From: Phallusia mammillata
Taxonomy: Eukaryota
Assembly (NCBI GenBank): GCA_965637545.1
Contig: OZ281500.1
Span: 3,286,001-3,350,000, forward strand
Length of the DNA stretch: 64,000 bases
Direction of reading: 5' to 3'
Shown here one piece after another: positions 42,801 to 54,800 of this stretch (position 1 is its first letter; every line of letters starts with the position of its first letter). A model generated the notes under the pieces. It had not been told where the DNA came from. It worked only from the letters and a program-made list of their open reading frames with translations, and ran no database searches. A program made the translations under genes and the position numbers.

Positions 42801-45800
42801 AGCTTTGGGCTTGTCCAATTTCTTCGGGCCAATATAGAGCACATTTAGACTGCAGAAGGAAACAAGGTTACAATATCAAGAAATGATTGTAATTTTGATG
42901 TTTGTGTGTATGGCGTATTGTGCACCAATTGATTTGGTTTGATATAGGGGAAAGTCGTGTAATTTGGACCACTTAAGTCTGAACCTTTTCCATAAGTTTT
43001 TTCTCTTCCATAAGATTTCTCTTCCATAAGTTCATCAAAACGAACGTTAACAGCCTCATATACCAACCTAATCAAGCTTTTATTACATTACCACAATGTT
43101 TCACGAAATATTTGAATTTTAATGAATGAAATCAAAAATGGGATAAAAAATTAAAATGAGAAACATCTTAAAAATAAAAAGGCCATAAATGGAATTACTA
43201 AGATAGCTGAAATGAAAGAAAACTCGCAGAACACTGCAAAACACCACCATGTCAAATTAAAGCAATAATTAGTAAACCAAAACATAATGAATATAAATCC
43301 TGCACTGAGCTTTATTATCAGCTGCCCGGTCCAAATTACACACTTTCACACGCAATTTTTTTACCCAATCTATTTTATTTTTGAAAAGTGTCAGCGGATT
43401 GTTCTTCGTATGCTAAATGCATTAAGTTTTGTACCTCACAAAAATAATACCCACTGAGATTTACACTAAACAGTAGTAAAGAAACGCAAAAAGTTTGAAC
43501 CCTAAAAAAATTATCAAATTTGCAAATTTTGTTTTTCTTTCTATAACAAACGGAAAGTATAGCATCAAGTTTGGAGCTAGGCGGCCTTAAGCCTTATATC
43601 AAGTCTTCTTTCAAGCTGTAAAAAAGATATTCTGCCACTTTGCGTATATTCCGAAATATAAGCAAGTTCCAAATTACACGCAGGGTCCAAATTACAAGAC
43701 TTTCCCCTACATATTGTTTTATGCAGCAAACGTAGGTACAACGTGAGTTATAAGTTTTAGGTGTTAAACACTCAGAACATACATATATTTCAGATAATTA
43801 GCTACCTTTCCTTTTTCATAGAGATTTGCAAGCATAACAATGATTCGGACGTTTTGCTCCCAAATCATCGTCCAGAAGTCATCAACAGTCTTTGCAATCG
43901 GCCCTTGCGTTGCAATCCATTTGTTCGGTTCCTTAAATCCCTGTACAGCAACATTGCGGTTAAGAAATGCAAGAAGGATAAGTTGGGCCTTTACGTTGAT
44001 CACAATAAAAGAAAAATCATTAAGCCACGGTGTGCTATACTAACGCAAACTTCGGATTAGCGTCTGCAAATCTTTGGACACTTTTAACGATGGTTTGTTT
44101 CCCGTTAAGATCTATCCTCTTCAACACAAATGGTTAGTTTTTAACGACCCTGCTTGGACCAACTAGCGTTTCTACCCTGCTATGATTATTATTTATAGCG
44201 CACCTAATTTACTTTGCTTTTAACCTCGGGCACAAAGCGCCTTGCAGCGGCGTAGCTGCAGCGTGTTTAACCCGATTGTGTCTTTTCGTTGCGCTCTAAT
44301 AAAAAAATTACAGAACAATGGTCCAACGGTTTAATACCGTCACTAACTGAGCAAGGTTTAGATCCACTTTAGGTCCAAAACTAATGCCCGGTGATGGCCT
44401 GAGCCCATTTGCATGTTCATATTTCAGTTAGTTGCATACAGATGTAGGACCGACACACCTTTACATAGGAAGCGTTGATGTAATTATTGTCACTTCCTTC
44501 GACTCCACGAAGAAATACCGTGTTGTGATCATCTACCAAAAAGTAACAAAGTAGTTTTGGCTTTTAAGGTCTAATCAATGCGACTGGTGACAAAGTATTC
44601 GCCGTACAGATCTATACGACACTGTTTGCAACTAACTTTCTGTTGTATCGGCACATTACTTTGTAATAAGTTCTTTATGACATATGTCGATTTTTTTAAA
44701 CAAAACGTTCAATTACCAGACAATGTGGCATTTAAAAGAGACCAAACTAGTAAACTAGTACAAATATACGTTATTATTAAACATTCTCGAACTGGAGCAG
44801 GAAAGTGTTATTTGTATAATTTAATACCAAAGACAGGCATTACGCACTGTGCAGTCAAAGATGTCGTGCAAGTGCCTGAACTATATCTTACATGGTATGA
44901 TATTCTTGTAACGATTTTTAGTCGTTTTGGATTCCGCCGTTGCGTCGTAAATACTTGCAAAGTTCTTCGATTCTTCTTTTACTCTCTGCAAAAATAACAT
45001 TAGTCCGCTTCACTGGTTAAGAAAAAACGCGGCATGGTTGATGTATCAAATTACAATTGCCCACTTAAACCGAAAGGAAACAATCAAATCAAACCGAGGC
45101 TCAATCGACTGTTAAACCTTTTTTCCCTCATACTAAAGTTGGTTGCAACGTTTCGTTGTGGTGTGTACCTGAAAGGTTTGGGCAACATGAGGTTAATAAA
45201 ATATGAGGTCTGTGAACCCAAGGTCAACATATGTCTGTTCGTCGTTTTCATGCTGTTCTCGATGAAGGTACAACCCTAGGTAGCATCACGCTTTCAATAA
45301 ATTCAAATACACACTTCATATTTTGTAAAGTGCATCTTATGAATCTGGGAACAAGGAAACTATAATTTAACCACTGGTCAGGTTTAACGGAGCTGCATTT
45401 TGACCGCCTTGCCGTACTTACATACCATTGCTGAACTGAGGCAGATGTTAATGCAACTTTACAATTTATTTAGGCATACTTTAAATTGTTGCTTCAAAGC
45501 TGCGTGACCGTTCTTTGAGCTGTCGATGAAAAATTCTCCGATATAAAACTTGAGTATATTCGTGCTTTCTTCCCATGATGTATCTAAACACAAATATCTA
45601 TTTATGAAAGATTTCCATCCAAACGAGTTACCAATATTCTTATGAAGACAATATAAAGAAAGAATTGTCGAAAAATCTTGGTATTTGGGGAGTTGGTTTT
45701 ATAAGTTAGGACATACAAATGACAGTACAGAAGAAAACGTACGTTGTATGGGAACATCCCGTGTGCGATCTGGAGAGTTTCTTACAAGTGGAGCAATTGT

Positions 45801-48800
45801 TCTTTTTGCCCCAATCCTAGTTCGTATACGATCTCTGCGAAAACATATTATTTTTTGGTACAGATTATGTCGTTCCTCAGTTTTCTTAAACTTTATTTTA
45901 CGAACCTGTAGTACACGATCAGGACCAAAATAAGCAGAAGCACTAGAATAGCTGCAACAGAACCGGCGATTACTGGCAAAGTCGAGGCTGCAGTAACTGC
46001 GAACAAATGACAAAAATGTTGAGTAAATGTCCAAAGTTTTGTTGCGTCACTGATGTTTGTGTTTTAAAGGCTAATAGTTAAACCTATATTCGTTCACGTA
46101 CAATGCAAAACTTGTTGGATGAAAAGCTTATATCAATCATAAATATATGTGTATATTATAGGTGTTAGATTTTACCACAGGTCGCGACTAACATACACAC
46201 AGGCTGTTGAACGCCTACTTCCTCGTCAAAATAGATCGTCAAAATAGATCAAGCTCTTCATGTAAACACAACGCTTCCTGAGCATTACATTTAGAAGTTT
46301 AAATTAGTCCCGATGTGTAGGTTTTGATTATATCCCACTTACAAATATGACTATATGCTAGTTCCGTGTTTATTCTCTTCGACAACATGAAACGCCTGTT
46401 TAGTGTTCTTAACCTGGTATGACTAACTTTGAAAACAATATCAAACGATCTGCAGCATTTTGGTAATGTTGCCTTTACACGTTAAATAAACAATCAATAA
46501 AGTGGGATTCGAGCCACACATACTACCCATAGCTGCGTTTTTTAAGTCCAAAAGGATTAAATGCAATTTCACTCCACGTAAATTAAATCACAATAAACCC
46601 CTACCTATCATAAAGTATTGCGATCTAATTATCATGTGATTAAATGTTTGGATTCTGTCCAAAAGTAACAAAGAACATACTTATCTCAATAGGTGGTGGT
46701 ATTTCACAAATCCCAGTCACGTTAAAAATCGTGTTTGTACAAGCGCTTGTGATTGGTTGAAACTTCACCACGAGTTCTTCATTTACACCAATCATCTCGC
46801 TGTGCTTTATTGACGAAATTTCAGTAAAATTTATTTCAGTCCAATTGGAAGGTTCTTCGACCGAATTAAACTCTCTTTTTCCCAAGTGAAGCTACAAAAC
46901 ACACTTTTACCATTTAAGCACACAACAAACATAATTTAGAAAACATTCTGTGAAGTTTAAGTTTTGGTGTTTTGTTACCTTGACCTCGTTGACCATGGCA
47001 AGAATATTAGTCGGTATGTGGACATCAATTTCACACACTGTCCCGTTTAATGACACGTTTCCACTGACGCCTTTAAATATGCTTGACGTCATTCCAATAA
47101 GAGTGGGAATACTGAGTCGCCAAACATCCGGAAACATGCGTAGCTGAAACGTACACATTTTGCTATAAGGCATTGAAGGAGTTGACATAAAGTATTTGAC
47201 ACCTACCGAAACTTCATAAGAATCATCTGGCACTAGGTTGCCTAATGTGCTTGTGTAGATGTGGTTTCTTGTGGAAGGTTGCGTGACAACATTGCTGACA
47301 TTAACAGAGTGGGTCTCGTTCACTGCTGTCACAGCGTAGGTGATGGATCCATTGTAGCCAGTCATGTCTTTCCATTTAACGTCGATTCGGTCATAGTGAC
47401 ATTTGCTTGTGCTGATAATTTCCAATGCTGAAAAAGCAACGTTTAAAAGCACGGCGGTTATCGATGCTGAAAATTATTTGCCATTAATTTCACTTAACAT
47501 ACAAAAAATAGAAAATAGTGCTTTTTTATTACGTGCCTAACCAAAGTCTGTAATTTCAAAAAAAGGACAGATATACAAACCTGAAAACAAGCATATGTAA
47601 TGATGCTCTGTAGAACATTCTTCTTGAACGACGCTTTTGTTATATACTTGAAATGTATTGCAGGTATTTCCACCGGGATTAGAGTCTGCAAATATAAATT
47701 GTACACTTTGGTGTATTATCGAAGTTTACCATAAACTGACGTTGCCATGTGTAAACACGGCGGTCATAGTCGTTCAAAGTCTATTAAAGGTACTAATTTT
47801 GTAGTTCAAAACACCAACAGTCAGAAATATCTCCGAAATATTAGCATTTCAACATAGAATTATACCACAAAGTATTGATGGCAAACCGATCAATTTCTAA
47901 CAGGTATAATCTATGCACAAATCTACAAGTTGATCCTACAAATATTACTTGCAACACACAGTTGCAAATGCAGTTTCAAGACACTAAAAGGCAGCCTTAA
48001 CACACTAACCTTCTACCCATATTTTCTTGTTTTCAAAAATGTCAAGCAAGGTGTTGTTTAGGACAGCTACATTGGGCAATTGGCCACCAATCGATTTGCA
48101 ATGTTCTCTAGCATGACCAAAGTTGTTGGTTGTGTTTGGCCACGTGAAATATGTTCCATTGGAAGACAAGAGATCTAGACACCATAAAAACATTCATTTC
48201 TAAAGACTAACAAAGTATAGTTAAATATAACTTTTATATCTCTTCGAGCACCAACATATAAACAACTTTACGACTTTATAACTTACCAACACTCATGTTC
48301 ATCTTTCTTAGTTTTGATGATGCAAAAGAACTATTTGCCCAACACACAAGGGTGGAGCTTGGGCCAAATATAACTGAACTCGAGACAAGTAAGTTTGATA
48401 CAATTTGGTCTGAATTGTCCAAAGGCATTTGAGTTATTTTAGTTGGAGTTTTGGTAGCGTTGTCAATCATATGGCCGTTAATTTTCCAATTCACAATGGT
48501 CGAAGGAATTCCACCAAACGTGCATACAAACGTTTGTGATTGCTTAAAAACTTCCGATTTCATTTTGGAAACAAAATAGGGTCCAACTGAAACGTATAGT
48601 TAGCGGAGTCAGCATAACACTTAAACTAAATGGTGGGTGAAATTACTAACCTTTTATGTTGGTCTTAGCTGAAACGGTACTATCATCACCCATTGAGTTG
48701 TTGACACTACAATCGTATTCACCCGATTCTTTAAGATTAGGCTTTCGCAAATATAACACTGACGTTGTCTGATAGTGATTATTATGAGCAACAATTTTTT

Positions 48801-51800
48801 GGTAAACTGTCCTATTTGAGTTTGTTGTGGTGTACGTAGAACGCCTGTAATGTAGAAGGAAAACAAATAAATAAAATTAATCGATGGTGCCTTGCAGTAG
48901 CGCCATAGCTGTAATGTAACCATAGTTTAGGCGCTTTGAGCCAGTAAAATATTTATAGACATCAAACGTACAATTGCTGCTAGACTAAGGTTACTAATGT
49001 GCGAAATTTGGATGTAAAATATGTGTACGATCTCATTTAGTTATTACTGAAAATCGACTGGTTAATTTCCTAATTATTTAGGGGTTTAGGGATGTTTATA
49101 CGGTTAGCGTTTTCTGTTCTATGTACAGTTTTTGATATGCAATACTAAAAAAAATGTAATATGACGCCACTTTGGTTTCGTGAAAGGTATTTATAAAAAG
49201 TGTCAGGAGGTTGACCCATGCAGATATGGTTTACCCTAAGCTAGATAACATTGAATGCATGAGAACCTACTTGCTCCAATAAAGAATAGGAGTGGGAAAA
49301 CCAAAAGATGTGCAAGTTATGTTGTGCGACTCATCTTCCAAAATTATTACTTCACTTCTGGTCGTCGAAATGTTTGCTTGTACTAGATAAACGGCAACAT
49401 TAGTACAATAACTATTAGGCACTGTAAAAACCAAGTCCAACCTTGTGCCTGAAAGACTGCCACCACACCGCTTGTATTAAGGTTTGTTGCTTTACATTTG
49501 TATTCTCCCGTTTGTTTAACTGTCGATTCGTTGAAATAAAGATGAGAGAGTGATTTGTATTTACCACTTGTCATCCGATGCTGGTAAATGAAAGTGTTGT
49601 TCGACAAACCAATTGATGTTCCATCCCTACATAAGGCTTGGGTTATCATCGGTTTATAATCTTTGAATATGTATATTTAACTTAACCTTGTCCAGTTGGT
49701 AACCGGTAATGGATATCCGTATGATTCACAACTGACGTTAAACGTTCCCGGCAACAAAAATACTTTGTTTACTGGTGTGATGGAAATGTTGGCTGCAACT
49801 ATAAAATAGTATTTACGTAAAAATGTTTAGTTTAGGTGTTAACAGAGGTAAATAAATACTTGTAACATTTAATGATTTCTCTTTAACGTTCTCGTTGTCT
49901 GTCACACAAACGTAAATCCCAGAGTATGAAACATCGTTGACGAAAAAATGAAGTCGTGTTGTTCTTGAGTATGTGTTGTTACTCACCACACTCGTGTAAA
50001 TAGGAGCAGAAGTAGAATTGCCAACCAAAATCATATTTCTGTTGCAAACAAAAATACAAAGATTTCAAAAAAACCTAACTCTTGCAAAATAAATGGCAAA
50101 ACCTTTTCCAGTCCGCATTTGGTATTGGGGAACCATAAGAAATGCAATCAACATGGTATTGTTGTAGCTGCTCTGCGGTTATGGTCGATTGTGTGAGCGA
50201 TATTCTTGCAACAACTGCGGAAACGCAAAGCGATGTAATAACTAACGTTATGAAAGCATGTTAAAAAAACTTTTTTTTACTTACCTCTAACATATATTTT
50301 AGCTGTATGGGCAGGATTACCAATGGTGCTTCGACATTCGTAAATTCCTTTTTCTTGATCGCTTGTAACATTGAGATAAAGACGGATGTTTTTCGAGTAG
50401 TTGCTTGCTATGGGAATTTCTTGTTGGTAGATCAACAAACTCTTCGAAGATGAAACTGGTGCACCTTTTCTAAAAGTTTTGCCGGTTTTAATTTGGAATA
50501 TACTTTACTACGTGACAGGTTACCTGTACCAGTTGACTTCAGGTTTTGCAGATCCAAACGAAGTACAATCAACTGTCACTTCAACACCGTAGTCTGCCGT
50601 AAAGTTGCTTCTGGACACAGTTACAGCCGCCGGTACTAAAACAAAGTTTTGTATACGCCTAATACTTTTTAGTCGTAATGTTTACTAAGGGGCACTGTAG
50701 CGGCCGTAATTTACTTAAAAATCTGCGCAGCCTGGATCTGCACCGACCGCCGCACTAGGGGGTTTCCTAATTTGTCTTGAACGCAACACTGTCTGCCTGA
50801 TGGTACAAATTTCTCCTTGGTTGCACAACAGCATTGGTTCTCTGTTAAACGATCAGAAACGTGTCACAAATCGGCAATAATACGCACATTCAATATGGCC
50901 GATAAACTTATACACTTACGAACATGTCACGTTAAGAAAGTCAATACTTCCTAAATCATACACAAACAGTATTACGACGTTTAACTCATACAATTTACAC
51001 ATTCAAATTACGTACCAACTTGTTAGGAGTCCAGGACTGAATTACAGGCACTTTAACGGACTAAGACGTTTCAGCATTTCAATTACTTTAACTTTCATGT
51101 TTTTATAGCTACACATAAACACTAGTGTTAGAACAAAACATTTCCAAAACTAAATTGAATCAACTATGAACTGCGACAACTAAACTGCTGCTTACAGCAC
51201 AGAAAGAAACTGTAAAACGTGGTCAGCACAAGATTGCGACACTAATGACATCACACGCATTGTTACGTTTGGAGATTTCTAACCAATCCTGGCAGACGCT
51301 TTGTTACGTCATAGTCAATGAAGTCAAATCACTGACATGAACTAGAAACAGGGAAATAAAGCACATACAAGTAATTTCTCGCTGTAACATTCCCGGCCCC
51401 GATGTGCGAATCCGTTCGTCACATCCAATAAAACACAACACTACAGCGAGCACATAACAAAACACATACACTATGTACAATCGAAAACAATGCGACGCTA
51501 GTTTTCGCCCGCCTTGCGAATCAGGCACAATTTAGCAATTGGCCTTTTCAAAGTCCCATTTTTGGTTTTGACCAGTACGGTGCGTACCGATCCATCTTCT
51601 GCAGGGTAGATATCCACGACTCTCCCCGTCAGCCATCTGCCTCGCGGGACGGAGTTGTCCGCGAGAAGAACAAGATCATCATGCGCTAGATTGCGCTGTG
51701 GAACAGTCCATATTTGCCGAACTTGCAAAGTCGGCAGGTACTCGTTGACCCATCTAGACCAGAATTGATTGGCCAGGTATTGCACCTGGCGCCAACGACG

Positions 51801-54800
51801 TCTAATGTAGTTGTCCTTCTTATCGAAAACCCCCTGGCGGCAGTGTATCACAATGCCCCAGCAACACCAGATGATTTGGCGTTAAAGGTTCGTCACTTTC
51901 TGTATCCATAGTAACTGGAGTGAGCGGTCGAGAATTAAGTATCGCTTCCACTTCAACCATAAAGGTGGTGAGAGTTTCATCATTTGGCGTTTGTTCAGAC
52001 ATGAGAGCACTCAGTATTTTCCGCACAGACCGAATGAGCCGCTCCCAAACTCCACCCATGTGACTTGCAGTAGGCGAATTGAAAGCCCATTCAATGTCAC
52101 GCTGCCTGAGACAATCATAAATCTGCGCTTGATTCCAAGCCTTTAACGAGTCGCGCAAAACGCGATTAGCTCCAATAAAGTTGGTCCCGTTGTCACTGAA
52201 GATCTTCTTCGGTTTTCCTCGGCGACCGATGAATCTCCGTAGGGCGTCAATAAAATAATCCGTTGACAGCGAGTGCGCAATTTCAATGTGCACAGCACGA
52301 ACTGTCAGACACGTAAATATACATCCGTAGCGCTTAACCTCGCTCCTCCCTTGCTTCACCAACAAAGGCCCAAAGTAATCCACTCCAACGTATGTGAATG
52401 GAGGCTCTCCTGGCGTTATTCGTTCACGTGGTAAGTTTGCCATCATCTGTTGTCCGATGGGTGCGTTGCGTCGACGACAAAAGATGCATTGTCCCAACAC
52501 ACGCCTTACTGCAACTCCACCACGAACAACCCAGTACTTCTGTCGTAGCGATGTCCATGTAAGACCCATGCCAGAGTGCTGAACGGTATTGTGATGATCC
52601 TCGATAATCAGATTTGTCACGTGGTGTTTGTTGGGAAAAATCACCGGATGCTTCAAGTCATATGCCACCGGTGCACGATGCAAGCGACCTCCAACACGAA
52701 AAACACCATCAACCAAAATGGGATTCAGCCTCTGCAAAGACAGAAAGTTGATTTTTCAATCTTCAGGTCCAACTCCTTTCTCAGAACCTGGTCCATTTTC
52801 ACAGCAAGTGTAGCTGCTGTCAGCTCAAGTCGCGGAATAGAAACGACTTTCAGTGGGGCTAGTCTAGCTTTTGCCAACAAAAGGGTACAACAAACACATC
52901 TGTTTACATCTTCAACCCTAAGGTATGACACGGTTCCGTAACCATGCGATGATGCATCGGCAAAATGGTGCAACTCGCATACCTTAATTCTTCCCAATTG
53001 GCTTGCCTTCAAACATCTGGGTATTTGAACAGAAGAAAGTTCCGGCAACTCGGAAATCCAACGGCGCCACGCTGTGGCAATATCTTCTGGTACTTCCTCG
53101 TCCCAACCAACACCCTGCCTGCACAACTCTTGCAGCAACATTCGCGCCTGCAAGACAACTGGAGCAACAAAGCCCAAAGGATGAAAAAGAGAACTCACTA
53201 CAGACAATAAGCCTCGTCTGGTGATCGACTTTTCCTTTACCTTGACATCAAATTGAAACGTATCGGTACGATTCCAGCTCACCCCAAGAACACATTCCAC
53301 TTGACCGGTGTCATCTTTCAAAGAGAATAAAGATTTCGCTGAGTCGCTCTTAGGTACGTCATCTAAGACTCTTTCGTCGTTGCTTAACCACTTCCTCAAG
53401 TGAAAACCTCCACGCCGTAAAAGCGCGCGGACCTCCTGCACCAACTGCTTGGCTTCCTGGACGTGTTGTACACTGCATCTACCAGAACGAGACGAAGCAG
53501 TACCGAACAGAGACCAACCGAGAACTGTCTTAACCGCGCTCGGCTCTCCACGTCGCCCTCTCCTCTCATCCTCGATCCAAAATGCTTCAGGCACATCCAG
53601 TCCGATCAGCAGTAGCACTTCATCGTTTAATGGCGTCGTGAATTTAATGTCACGGAGATGCGACCATTTTTTCTCGCACCTATTTGGAACAACAGGTAAA
53701 TTATCCACCATAATCACATGTGGCAAGTCAACAACTCCTGCGCCATCTAGCGGCCTCGCAGATAGACTAACGACAGAACCATTGTTGTTCTGTGTTTTCC
53801 CATTAATCGTTGAAAGCGTAAATTCAATCTTGTCACCTGTCAGGTTAAGCATATCTAGCAGTCGTCTCGAGCCCATCGTCGAGTTTGAACCGGAATCCAG
53901 AAAGGCGTAGGTTTCAACCTCCTTTCCGTTTTTGCCACTGACCCTTACTGGGACAATATTCATATACACGTTTTGGCCAACCTGAGGTACGGACGACTTG
54001 GCTGCACACGAAGTTGAGGTTACCACGGTCTTTGAGGCACTTCCATTCTTTGCTGGACCTGGCCTTTGCTCTCTTCGCTGTGAAAGGTTGTCCGACTCTG
54101 GTTCAGGTAAATCATGAGGTAATAGCATGTGATGTCTACGTCGACATCCTTCTAGTGAACAAGAACTCTGCAATGTACAATTCCTAGCGATGTGACCTTT
54201 AGCAAAACAGTTGTCACAGAGCCTAGCTCTCCGCACTATCCGCAGCCGTTCTCCGAACTGCTTTCCTTTGAACACTTTACATTGCGCCAAAGCATGAGAC
54301 ACATTACAAATTGGACACTCGTCACCTGACGGCTTGCTTGTAGATATCAGCAAAATAACCCAAATGAGACAAAGTGACATGACATTCATCCAAGTGACGT
54401 GCAAGCTCCTGCAGCCCTTCGCTGTCATCGGCTTTCAAATACGGACCCTGGGTCAGACGTTGAACATAGGACCTGGCTATAATAAACGGACGACCATAAT
54501 GGTCATGCAAAACTTTCCGAGCCTTGCGGTAGCCATCATCGTCCATGCAAGAACAAAACAAAATCATTTTTTCGGCTTCACCAGCACAATACTGAATAAG
54601 ATAGTTTAGTTTGGACTTGTCACTTTGCACACGGCTAGCAATACATTCATCAAACGTTGTCATAAAACGTGTGTAATGTAAAGGGTTGCCATCAAAATGC
54701 AGCAACTCGGGCTTGGGCAAATCGAGGCCATCTTTCAATAGTGAAGCGACGTGCATTAAATCACTGACCTGTGGTTTGTGCTCACCACTAACCATATTCG

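Noticed and set aside
46495-46530. tRNA B-box-like ggctcgaatccc on the minus strand
   Set aside because: No A box or cloverleaf; at most a SINE remnant.
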